From Planctomycetia bacterium (GTDB lineage Bacteria > Planctomycetota > Planctomycetia > Pirellulales > UBA1268), in contig BJHK01000010.1 of NCBI GenBank assembly GCA_014192425.1, positions 82,089 to 146,088 of the forward strand: DNA of 64,000 bases, written 5' to 3'. The notes beneath the pieces were generated by a model. The model was not told the DNA's origin and did no database searches. It saw only the letters and a program-made list of their open reading frames with translations. The position numbers and the translations under genes are program-made. Positions 37,653 through 46,522 of the stretch are shown in pieces (within the stretch, counting starts at the first letter, position 1; each line of letters starts with the position of its first letter).

Positions 37653-37953
37653 CGTCAGGGTCCTCTGGGGATGGGAAACACGCGGGCCGGAGTCGTTCCG
37701 GCCTTGTCCCGACGCTAGTTGGGCAAGCCGGGGTCGCAATGCGTGTTCACGCTCCCTGGCAACGCATGCCGATGCCGGGCTACCGAACGTGACGGCTGGC
37801 GCGGTCGTAGGGCGGCTGGCGGCGGAGCCGCCCCTCCGCGGTCACACCACGAGCTTTCGAACGAGCCTTAGCAGACTGTGGAACAAGTCTGCCGCCGCAC
37901 GATGGAGCGACCGTCGACCCAGGAAACCCTCGGCGTTTCCTGCGGTCGACCAA

Positions 37954-37984
37954 GTGGAAAAAGGCCATGGATGGCTTTTTCCAC
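37954..37984 (-). terminator. Bidirectional-type intrinsic terminator after the amidohydrolase gene
   Basis: Hairpin gtggaaaaaggcc / ggctttttccac with loop atggat, a few nt downstream (minus strand) of the TAA stop at 37991-37993. A/T runs are embedded in the stem. Confidence 0.5.
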
Positions 37985-37990
37985 GGACGT

Positions 37991-39724
37991 TTAGGGCCGG
38001 TCATCGCCGGCGGCCCGCCGCCAGACCGTCTTCCCTTCCTTGATCGTCTCCACGACGCGGATCGACTCGATCGTCCCCGCCGGCACGGTGAGCGGGTTCG
38101 CGGAAAGCACGACGAGGTCCGCCAACTTTCCGACCTCGATCGAGCCCTTCTGCTTCTCCTCGCCGTACATCCGGGCCCCGTCGATCGTGATCGCCTCGAG
38201 TGCCTCGAGCGGCCCGACCCGCTCGGCCTCCCCCAGCGTCTTCCCCGACCGCGTGACGCGGTTGACGGCGGTGTGGATCGTGAACAATTGGTCGAGCGGC
38301 GAAACGTTGAAGTCGGTGTGGTTCGCCGGCCGGAGGCCGAGCGCCCGGGCCGACCGCATCGGGCTGATGAACGAGGCCTGCTCGGGGCCGCGGTTCGTGA
38401 CGTGCGTGTCGCCAAAGTAGAAGCAGTGGAGCGTGAAGAAAGACGGAGTGATCTTCCAGGCCGCGAACTTTTCCAGCTGGTCGCGGCGGATGAACTGCGA
38501 GTGGATGCCGACCGTGCCGCGCGGCTTCGCCGGGTCGTCGCCAGCCGCGAACCGATGGGCTTCGAGGACCGCATCGATCGCAGCGTCGCCGTTGCAATGA
38601 ATGAACAGCGTCGCGCCGCCGTCGTAGACCTGCTTGAACCAGTGGTTGAGCATCGCCTGCGGCACCGTCGGCTCACCGCGCCACTCCTTCTGCCCCGACG
38701 GCCCGCCGGTGAGATAGGGCCTGGTGAAGAAGGCCGTTCGCCCCTGCGGTGAGCCGTCGGCCAAAAGTTTCACGCCGCCGATTCGCAGCCGGTTGCGATA
38801 CTCGGGCTCGTTCCGCGGCGGCCGCCCGGCGAAGATCGTGTCGATCTCAGCGATGAATGGGAGAGCGACGACGTCGAGTTTCAGAAGGCCGCGATCGGCG
38901 GCGACCCGCATCAGGTCGAGCTGCCGCTTCATCGTCGCCCCCTCCTGGGCCGTGGTGGTGCCGGCGCGGAGGTACAGGTCCTGGCCACTGCCCAGCAGTT
39001 CGACGAACTCGTCGTCCGTCGGGCCAGGGAGGTTGGAGAAGATCGGCAGAAATGCGGTCTCGAAGAGCAGGCCGCTGGGCTCGTTGCCACCCGGCTCACG
39101 ACCAATCACGCCCCCGGAGGGCGTTGGCGTGGCGGCGCTGATGTTGAACCGGGCGAGGGCCCGCGAATTGAGCATCGCGCCGTGGCCGGAGACGTGGACG
39201 AGGATCACCGGGTTGTCGGGGAAGGCAGCGTCGAGTTCCTGCCGCGTTGGGCCGCGCTTCTCGGCGAGCAGGTCGGGGTCGTAGCCGAAGCCGATGACGA
39301 AGCCGCCCGGTGCGATCGTGCGCCGGGCGCGGAGCTTCTGGAGTTGCGCGACCACATCGGCCACGCTCGCGCACGGACCCGCGGGCGGCGACGCGCAGAG
39401 GGCCTGCACCTGCACGTCCACCGCACTGGCGAAATGACTGTGGCCGTCGACGAAGCCGGGGACCAGCGTCCGGCCCCCAAGGTCGCTGACCTCGGTGTTG
39501 GGCCCCTTGAGCCGAAGCACGTCGGCCTCGTCGCCGACGGCGATGATTTTCCCATCGGCGATCGCCAGCGCTGCGGCCGTCGGCTGTGCCGGATTGACCG
39601 TCACGATCGAGCCGCCACGGATGATCCGTTCCGGCGGGGCGGCAGGGACCGCCCGCTGGGGGGCGATGCCGAAGCAGAGCAGGAGAACTACGCCGGGCAG
39701 GATCCGAAAGAGGAAAAGGGGCAT
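37991..39724 (-). CDS. Amidohydrolase family protein (YtcJ-like, Amidohydro_3), secreted
   Basis: ATG 39724 after GAGG. Signal-like MPLFLFRILPGVVLLLCFGIA. Metal-binding GFVDGHSHF, HCNGDAAID, IHSQF. Confidence 0.8.
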   Translation of the reverse strand: MPLFLFRILPGVVLLLCFGIAPQRAVPAAPPERIIRGGSIVTVNPAQPTAAALAIADGKIIAVGDEADVLRLKGPNTEVSDLGGRTLVPGFVDGHSHFASAVDVQVQALCASPPAGPCASVADVVAQLQKLRARRTIAPGGFVIGFGYDPDLLAEKRGPTRQELDAAFPDNPVILVHVSGHGAMLNSRALARFNISAATPTPSGGVIGREPGGNEPSGLLFETAFLPIFSNLPGPTDDEFVELLGSGQDLYLRAGTTTAQEGATMKRQLDLMRVAADRGLLKLDVVALPFIAEIDTIFAGRPPRNEPEYRNRLRIGGVKLLADGSPQGRTAFFTRPYLTGGPSGQKEWRGEPTVPQAMLNHWFKQVYDGGATLFIHCNGDAAIDAVLEAHRFAAGDDPAKPRGTVGIHSQFIRRDQLEKFAAWKITPSFFTLHCFYFGDTHVTNRGPEQASFISPMRSARALGLRPANHTDFNVSPLDQLFTIHTAVNRVTRSGKTLGEAERVGPLEALEAITIDGARMYGEEKQKGSIEVGKLADLVVLSANPLTVPAGTIESIRVVETIKEGKTVWRRAAGDDRP

Positions 39725-39801
39725 CGATTCCTCGCCTCTCGGGCAGGGGGCATGTCGCGGCGGGCTGCCCGCCGTGGACCGCGATGGTACACTCGCGCGA
39801 T

Positions 39802-42054
39802 ATGAAACCGACATCGCTGTCACTGGTCCGTCTGGTCCTCATGCTCCTCTGGTCCGTCGGCGGAGCCGCCACCTGCGGCCGCGCTGCCGCCCCCACGCCG
39901 CCGACGTTCGCCGGCTGGCAGGGGATGCGCGTCATCCCGCTCGACGGCCGGGCCGAGCGGCTCACGGTCGCCGATCTGGGCAACGACGGCCGCGACGACG
40001 TGATCGTCGTCAACCCGCGGCAGGCCCGGATCGACCTCTACCGCTGGCTCGATCGCGCCGACCGCGTCCGCGAGGACGCCAAGGATCCGGAGCGGCCCAA
40101 CGAACTGCCGCTGGCACCCGAATGGTCCCACGGCGAGGTGGCGATCGATGAGCTGCCCGTCGATGCGGTCGCCCACGACATCGACGGCGACAAGCGGCCC
40201 GAGCTGCTCGTGCTCACCACGCCCTCGAACCGGATCGCCATCTACTCCCAGGCCGCCGACAAGGCGATCGATGCCAAGAACGCCTGGAAGAAGACCGGCG
40301 AGTGGAGCCTGCTCGCCGCCGCTGCGGGGGGCAAGAGCGGCAGCCTCCTCGTCCGTGACCTCCCCGGCGGGAAGCACGAACTGCTCGTGACCTGCGAGCA
40401 GGGCATCCAGCAACTGCCCCTCGTCCGGGGCAGCCGGGCACAGTGGCTCGCGCCCCGCGAGACCCGGGGGCGAGTTGACTGGCGGCTCGCCGACCTCGAC
40501 GGCGACGGCGACGACGACCTCGTCGAGTGGTCGAACGTCGCTCGGCAGGTGGTTCGCTGGTATGCCTGCGCCGCCGACGGCAGCCTGCTCCCTGCCCAGA
40601 CGATCCACGACCAGACGGTCGACGGCTTCGCCACCTGCGTCCCGAAGTCGGGCAAGGCCGATCTGCTGCTCCTCGGCGGCAGTGACAAGGGGGTGCTGCG
40701 GCGCTACGGCCTCGTCACCGGCGAGCCGACGCTGATCGGCCGGCAGGACGCGCTGCCGATGGCCGGCGCGGCCCGGCGCGGCTGGTGCGGGATCACGATC
40801 GGGACGGACGGCAAGGCGACGCCGGCGATCGTGGCCGTAGACTCGACCCAGCCCAGGCTCCGGGTTCATCGCCTCGCCGAGACCGGCTGGCAGGCGGAGG
40901 AGACCTTTCCCGCCATCGGTGGCATCAAGGCCGTCGCCGGCCCCGTGGGCAGTCCCGGCCTGCTGCTGGTCTGGGCCAAGGACGCCGCCGACCTGCACCG
41001 GGCCCGCTGGGAGAACGGCCGGCTGACCTACCCGCAGCCCTGGGAGCAGGAGGGAAAGGACCGCAAGATTCTCGCCCTCGACTCGGTCGGCTCGACCGTC
41101 TGGTGGGCCCAGCGGGTGGGGAACGACGTCGATCTCTTCACGTGGCCCGCCGGCGTGCCGGAGCCCAAGCGGACCCGCTACGCGGAGCTCGGCGGCAAGG
41201 TGGAGCAGGTCGTCTGGCTCGGCGGCGACACGCTGCTCGTGCAGGATGCCTACGCCACCGGCGGCAGGCTGGTGCGGCTCCAGGACGGCAAGCCGGTGGT
41301 GACGTCGCCGGCGCTCCTTGCCAAGCTCGACCCGGCGGAGTATTTCGCGGTCGACGTCGGGGGCACGCTGCGCAAGGCCCGGCTCACCGACGGCGTGCTG
41401 CAGTGGCTCGGTGACGACCTCCACCCGGTCGACCAGGTGATGCTCACCGAGGGGCAGAAGATCGCCTCCTACCTGCCGATCGCCGGCGAGCCGGGGACGC
41501 CCGCGCAGGCCTGGGCGCTGGAGCAGGGGGGCGGTTTCATGCACCGCCTGCAGGCCGACGCCGCCGGCGTGATGCGGGTCGTGGAGAGCGTGAAGCCGCC
41601 GGCGGGCGCGGTGCTGCGGAGCGACCCGGTGCTGGGAATGGTGCTCGTCGACCAGGAGCGGATCGTGCGGCTGTCGCGCGGCCGCCCCTGGGAGCTCAAG
41701 TTGCTCGAGAGCATCGACGGCCGGGTCGGCCGGCGCAGCGGCGTCAGCGAGTCGACGATCCACCGCATCCTCGTCACCGACCTCGACGGCGACGGCAGCG
41801 AGGACGTCACCCTGTGCGACGACCGCAAGCACCAGCTGACGGCGCTTGTGCGCACGCCCGACGCCCTGCAGCGGTCTGTCTCCTGGAAGGTCTTCGAGGA
41901 CCGCAAATACCCCTACGACGGCGGCGAGTCGAAGGACATGGTCGCCGAGCCGCGGCGGATCGCCGCCCTCAACGCGGACGGCGACGCCGCCCGCGACCTC
42001 GTCATGATCAGCCAGGACCGGCTGGTCGTGTATCTCGGAAAGGACAAGCCATGA
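39802..42054 (+). CDS. FG-GAP/VCBS repeat protein, secreted
   Basis: Signal peptide MKPTSLSLVRLVLMLLWSVGGAA. Repeated Ca-binding-like motifs ADLGNDGRDDVIVV, DIDGDKRPELLVL, DLDGDGDDDLVEW, DLDGDGSEDVTL, NADGDAARDLVMI. Confidence 0.75.
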   Translation: MKPTSLSLVRLVLMLLWSVGGAATCGRAAAPTPPTFAGWQGMRVIPLDGRAERLTVADLGNDGRDDVIVVNPRQARIDLYRWLDRADRVREDAKDPERPNELPLAPEWSHGEVAIDELPVDAVAHDIDGDKRPELLVLTTPSNRIAIYSQAADKAIDAKNAWKKTGEWSLLAAAAGGKSGSLLVRDLPGGKHELLVTCEQGIQQLPLVRGSRAQWLAPRETRGRVDWRLADLDGDGDDDLVEWSNVARQVVRWYACAADGSLLPAQTIHDQTVDGFATCVPKSGKADLLLLGGSDKGVLRRYGLVTGEPTLIGRQDALPMAGAARRGWCGITIGTDGKATPAIVAVDSTQPRLRVHRLAETGWQAEETFPAIGGIKAVAGPVGSPGLLLVWAKDAADLHRARWENGRLTYPQPWEQEGKDRKILALDSVGSTVWWAQRVGNDVDLFTWPAGVPEPKRTRYAELGGKVEQVVWLGGDTLLVQDAYATGGRLVRLQDGKPVVTSPALLAKLDPAEYFAVDVGGTLRKARLTDGVLQWLGDDLHPVDQVMLTEGQKIASYLPIAGEPGTPAQAWALEQGGGFMHRLQADAAGVMRVVESVKPPAGAVLRSDPVLGMVLVDQERIVRLSRGRPWELKLLESIDGRVGRRSGVSESTIHRILVTDLDGDGSEDVTLCDDRKHQLTALVRTPDALQRSVSWKVFEDRKYPYDGGESKDMVAEPRRIAALNADGDAARDLVMISQDRLVVYLGKDKP

Positions 42055-43031
42055 GGCTCGCTCGCCCGACGTGTTGCCTGCTCGTCATCGTCGCGATCGC
42101 CTGTGCCGTGCATCGGCAGGCCGTGGCCGCCGAGGTCGTCACCGTGACGCTCGTCGGCGGTGGACGCGTGACCGGGCCGCTGCTGCGGAAGAACGACGAC
42201 GGTGTGGTTCTCGACCTCGGCTTCGAGGTCGTGCAGATTCCCGCCAAGAAGGTCCTCGACGTCCGGGCCGCCGATGCGGGCGAAGACCAGCGATCTGACC
42301 GGGAGACCGACCGGGGCGTGTTCCGCACCGGTCGGCTCGAGGCTCGCGACGTTCCCGAACTCGTCAGGCGGTTCGGAGACTCCGTGGTCATGATCCGCAA
42401 CCCGGGCGGGCTCGGCACGGGGTTCATCACCAGCCGCGACGGGCACGTCGTCACCAACTACCACGTCGTGGAGAACCACACCCGCATCCAGGCGACGCTG
42501 TTTCGCAAGACCGACAAGGGGTTCGAAAAGGTCGAACTCCGCAAGGTGAAGATCGTCGCCCTCCAGCCGCTCCGCGACCTGGCGCTCCTGCAGCTCGATC
42601 TGGAGGAGGCGAAGGGGAAATTTCCCGAGCCGGTCGTGATCAACGACCGCGACGACCTCCGGGTGGGGGACCTCGTGTTCGCGATCGGCAACCCGCTGGG
42701 CATGGAGCGGACCGTGACGCAGGGGATCGTCTCCAGCACCACGCGGACGATCGACCAGATGCGGCTCATCCAGACCGACGCCGCCATCAATCCGGGCAAC
42801 AGCGGCGGGCCGATCTTCAACGCCCGCGGCGAGGTGGTGGCGGTGGCCTGTGCTGGCGCGGCGATCTTCGACGGCCTGGCATTCGGCATCCCGGCCAACG
42901 AACTGATCGACTTCCTCGTCCACCGCGACACCTATCCCTACGACGAGTCGCAGCCGCAGAACGGGGTGACGTACCTGCCGCCTCCCTATCGCCCGGCCCA
43001 GCCGGGCGAGAAGGCCGCCGCGACGAAGTGA
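42051..43031 (+). CDS. Trypsin-like serine protease (S1C/HtrA-like catalytic domain, no PDZ seen)
   Basis: ATG 42051 overlaps the upstream stop as ATGA. Signal/anchor MRLARPTCCLLVIVAIACAV. Catalytic triad contexts VVTNYHVV, RDLALLQL, NPGNSGGPIF. Confidence 0.8.
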   Translation: MRLARPTCCLLVIVAIACAVHRQAVAAEVVTVTLVGGGRVTGPLLRKNDDGVVLDLGFEVVQIPAKKVLDVRAADAGEDQRSDRETDRGVFRTGRLEARDVPELVRRFGDSVVMIRNPGGLGTGFITSRDGHVVTNYHVVENHTRIQATLFRKTDKGFEKVELRKVKIVALQPLRDLALLQLDLEEAKGKFPEPVVINDRDDLRVGDLVFAIGNPLGMERTVTQGIVSSTTRTIDQMRLIQTDAAINPGNSGGPIFNARGEVVAVACAGAAIFDGLAFGIPANELIDFLVHRDTYPYDESQPQNGVTYLPPPYRPAQPGEKAAATK

Positions 43032-43146
43032 TGCGGCCCCGCGGCGCGGCATCGCCGCCGCGCGGCGTGGGTGAGGGGCAACCTTTTTCCCCGCGGGGCC
43101 GTACGCCATACTGCCGTCTCCCGCTGCCCTTGCCAGGAGTCGTGCC

Positions 43147-45267
43147 ATGCCCGCATCGTCGGTCCATTCCATGAGCCCGCGCGGTCTTTTTGGCCGTCAT
43201 GTGCGTCGGCGGTCCGTGCTCGGTGCGGCCCTCGGGCTCGCCGTGATCGGCGCCGCCGGACTCCCCGCCGCTGCGGCCGCGGCCGACCTGCGGCCCGCCT
43301 GGGAATGCCTGCCGGAGAACACGGCCGCGGTCGTGCGGCTGCCGCAGCCGACGGCGTTCCTGGAGACCCTGCGTGCGAAGACGAAGTTCGGCGCGGTCCT
43401 GCTCACCCCACGCCGCATCGAGATGGTCCGCAAACTGCTCGACAAGTCGCAGCCATACCTGTCCCTGATGGGGGTGGCGCCCGATTTCCTGCCCCTGTTC
43501 GAAGCGGGCAACCGCGATGATCTCGAGACCACGCTCGGCACCTACGGCCTCAAGCCGGCCGACATCGAGGCGATCTTCAAGAACGAGATCGGGCTCGCCG
43601 TCGTCGTGGAGCCGCGGCCGGAGAAGCAGCCACCGCTGGTGATGACGCTCGTCTGGGTCGAGCCGGGTGCCGACGAGGCCGGCCGCATGCTCGCGGCGGC
43701 GAAAAAGTCTTTCGAGGACGGGGCCAAGGAGGGGGGCGACGACGGCCCGCGGCCGCGCCGGATCGACCTCGAACTGGCCGGGCACGACGTGATGTGGGTG
43801 ATCGCACCACAGGCGAGCGCGGACCTGGGGGGCCTGATCATCGACGACGTCGGCGAGGAGAACGACCCGGCCGCGGCACGGAAGAAACTCGAGGAGCGAC
43901 TCCGCGATGCGCCACGGACCGTGATCGGCCACGGGCACAGGGCCATCACCCGGGTGGGGCCACGGCTCGTGATGGCCAACCTCCAGACGCCGGCGCGGTC
44001 GGACGCCGCCGGCCAGCCGCCGGAGAGCCCAGGCGACGAGGACGCGGAGCGTGACCTGGACGTGGCCCGGGGGATCCTCCAGCGGTTTCTCGCCGCCCAT
44101 GCGGCCGACGGCAAGCCGGCGCTGGCCGACCTGCTGCAAAGCCACGGGCTGCGGGCCAACCTCCCGGCGGGGCAGCAGCTCCTCGACGTCGTCGTCGAGC
44201 CGCAGGTCGTGATCCGTGCCCTCGCCGCCGCCGGTGGCGACGAGACTCGCGAGGCGCTGAAGCGGCTCAAGGGCATCGGCCTCGCCGACATTGGCCCCTG
44301 CGGATGGCGGCATGCATTCGCCGAGGGGCGGTACCAGAGCGCGATGGTCGTCTCGCTGCCAGCCCCCCGGACCGGCCTGATGCGGATCCTCGACCTCGAG
44401 CCAGACACCGCCGAGCCGCCGTCATTCGTGACCGGCGACGCGGTCGATTTCACGCAGGTGTCGCTCGACCTCGGCAAGGCCTACGGGATCGTCCGCGAGT
44501 ACGCGACGGCAGAGTTCGGCGATCAGGCGAGCAATCTGTTCGCGGTCGGGGAGGCCAATGCCCAGGCGGTGTTGGGTGTCGACGTGCAGCAGGTCCTGTC
44601 GGCGTTCGGCAGCCGGCACTGGACGGTCAACTACCCGGCGAAGATCGCGGAGGCGGTCGCGGCCGGGCGGCAGGCGGGCGGCGTGCTCGCCGCGCTGGGC
44701 CAGGCCAACCGGGGCGCCATGGCCTGGAAAGTGGATGACGAGCCGCTGATCCTCAGGATCCTGCAGCGGGCGGCTCCGCTGGCCGGGGGTGAACTCAATG
44801 AGGAGCAGGGCTTTCGCGGCGTGCGGATTCCGAACGGCCCGGCCGTGTTCCTCGGCCGCGACCACCTCGTGGTCGGCGTCGGCGCGGAGTCGCTGGAAAA
44901 GACGCTGGCCGCGATCCGCAATCCGCCGGCGGCGGGTGCGTCGTTCCGGGAGGGGGAGGCGGTCCGCCGGGCCCGCGAACTCCAGCCGCTCGACCCCGCG
45001 CTCGCCGTCACGATCAGCGACGCCACGAAAGCCGGCGGCATCTTCGGCAACCTCCGCGAGATCGTCGCGGCGATGAAGCCGGAGGACGTGGCCAAGGATC
45101 AACCGGAGGAGCTCGCGAAGGGGTTTCGGGAGCTGCTCGCTCAGGCGCAGCAGGCGCTGCCGACGGCCGAGGAGATGGAGGGTCTGTTCGGCGTCGGCGT
45201 CGACACGATCCGCATGACCGAGCACGGGCTCGTCTTCCGGTCGGTGTGGGAGTTGCCCGCGCCCTGA
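43147..45267 (+). CDS. Large hypothetical exported protein with possible Tat signal
   Basis: N-terminus HVRRRSVLGAALGLAVIGAAGLPAAAAA (twin-arginine-like). 706 aa, high GC3, no domain recognised. Confidence 0.65.
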   Translation: MPASSVHSMSPRGLFGRHVRRRSVLGAALGLAVIGAAGLPAAAAAADLRPAWECLPENTAAVVRLPQPTAFLETLRAKTKFGAVLLTPRRIEMVRKLLDKSQPYLSLMGVAPDFLPLFEAGNRDDLETTLGTYGLKPADIEAIFKNEIGLAVVVEPRPEKQPPLVMTLVWVEPGADEAGRMLAAAKKSFEDGAKEGGDDGPRPRRIDLELAGHDVMWVIAPQASADLGGLIIDDVGEENDPAAARKKLEERLRDAPRTVIGHGHRAITRVGPRLVMANLQTPARSDAAGQPPESPGDEDAERDLDVARGILQRFLAAHAADGKPALADLLQSHGLRANLPAGQQLLDVVVEPQVVIRALAAAGGDETREALKRLKGIGLADIGPCGWRHAFAEGRYQSAMVVSLPAPRTGLMRILDLEPDTAEPPSFVTGDAVDFTQVSLDLGKAYGIVREYATAEFGDQASNLFAVGEANAQAVLGVDVQQVLSAFGSRHWTVNYPAKIAEAVAAGRQAGGVLAALGQANRGAMAWKVDDEPLILRILQRAAPLAGGELNEEQGFRGVRIPNGPAVFLGRDHLVVGVGAESLEKTLAAIRNPPAAGASFREGEAVRRARELQPLDPALAVTISDATKAGGIFGNLREIVAAMKPEDVAKDQPEELAKGFRELLAQAQQALPTAEEMEGLFGVGVDTIRMTEHGLVFRSVWELPAP

Positions 45268-45313
45268 CGCTGGCCAGCGACCGGCCCGAGCCGGGTCCGA
45301 GCCGGCCCGTGCT

Positions 45314-45691
45314 TCAGCCGCCGAACCGCATCCCAGCCCAGACGGCGGCGATGCCGAGCAGGTTGGTGCCGCCGACGTAGGCCGCCGCCGTGAGCAGCCG
45401 CCCGGCGGAGAGCATCTCCGTGGTTTGCAGGGCGAAGCTTGCATACGTGGTGAAGCCGCCGAGCAGGCCGACGAGCAGCACCTGCTCGACATCCGCCGGC
45501 ACGACGCCCCGGCGGTGGACCAGTGACCAGAGCAGGCCGCAGGAGAAGCAGCCGAGGAGATTGACCGCCAGCGTGCCCCAGGGAAAATCCGCCCCGCAGA
45601 GACGGGTCGCCAGGGCGGTCAGCCCGGCGCGGAGGACGGCGCCGGCGGCGCCGGCGAGGCCGATGAGGAGCAGGGACGTCAACGACGACAT
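45314..45691 (-). CDS. crcB: Fluoride ion channel CrcB/FluC
   Basis: 125-aa four-TM protein with GTLAVNLLGCF and LGGFTTYSF-like (LLGGFTTYASF) motifs. It is only the terminal part of a 1553-aa shadow ORF. Confidence 0.88.
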   Translation of the reverse strand: MSSLTSLLLIGLAGAAGAVLRAGLTALATRLCGADFPWGTLAVNLLGCFSCGLLWSLVHRRGVVPADVEQVLLVGLLGGFTTYASFALQTTEMLSAGRLLTAAAYVGGTNLLGIAAVWAGMRFGG

Positions 45692-45808
45692 GCGGGCTGC
45701 GGGAAGAAGGAGCGGACCCCGGGTTGGATCATACCCTGCGTCGGTGCTCCTGCGGCCCCGTAGAATGCCCGGTTTCCGGACACCAGACACGCCGCGGAGG
45801 TGAAGCCG

Positions 45809-46516
45809 ATGCCCGTGCCCGCGTTCACTGCCCGCGGCCTGACCCGCATCTACCGGATGGGGGAGGTGGAGGTCGCGGCGCTCCGCGGGGTCGATCTCGA
45901 CATCGCCCAGGGGGAATTCATCGTCCTCCTCGGCCCCTCCGGCAGCGGCAAGTCGACGCTGCTCAACATCCTCGGCGCCCTCGACGCCCCGACCGCGGGC
46001 AGCGTGCGGTTTCACGACCATGACCTCGCCGCGGCCGACGATGCCCAACGGACCGCCTACCGGCGCGACCATGTCGGCTTCGTGTTCCAGTTCTACAACC
46101 TGCTGCCGGCGCTCACGGCGCTGGAGAACGTGGCGGTGGTGGCCGAGATCGCCCGGGCGCCGATGCCCGCCGCGGCGGCGCTCGAGCTCGTCGGCCTCGC
46201 CGACCGGGCCGACCACTTTCCCGCCCAGCTCTCCGGCGGCGAGCAGCAGCGGGTGGCGGTGGCGCGGGCGATCGTCAAGCGGCCCGAGGTGCTGCTCTGC
46301 GACGAGCCGACCGGGGCCCTCGATGCCGCCACCGGCGTCGTCGTGCTCGACGCGCTGGCCCGCGTGACCGCCGAACTCGGGGCGACGACCGTGCTCATCA
46401 CCCACAACGCCGGCATCGCCGCCATGGCCGACCGCGTCCTGTTCATGTCGGACGGCCGGATCGCCGGCGAGCGGGTCAACGCTACCCGCATGCCTCCCGA
46501 CCAGTTGCACTGGTAG
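45809..46516 (+). CDS. ABC transporter ATP-binding protein (MacB/LolD type)
   Basis: ATG 45809, 8 nt after [42 protein letters not shown]. Confidence 0.92.
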   Translation: MPVPAFTARGLTRIYRMGEVEVAALRGVDLDIAQGEFIVLLGPSGSGKSTLLNILGALDAPTAGSVRFHDHDLAAADDAQRTAYRRDHVGFVFQFYNLLPALTALENVAVVAEIARAPMPAAAALELVGLADRADHFPAQLSGGEQQRVAVARAIVKRPEVLLCDEPTGALDAATGVVVLDALARVTAELGATTVLITHNAGIAAMADRVLFMSDGRIAGERVNATRMPPDQLHW

Positions 46517-46522
46517 GTCGCC

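Noticed and set aside
39820-44313. Minus-strand ORFs of 670, 419 and 498 aa
   Set aside because: They are antisense to the FG-GAP, protease and Tat-signal protein genes, and their composition is not protein-like.
45692-45808. Fluoride riboswitch upstream of crcB (minus strand)
   Set aside because: I compared the leader with the crcB-motif core (GGCGAUGG...CCGCC...CUGAUGAUGCCUAC). Only a loose UAUGAUCC resemblance was found, with no matching 5' half or pseudoknot partner.
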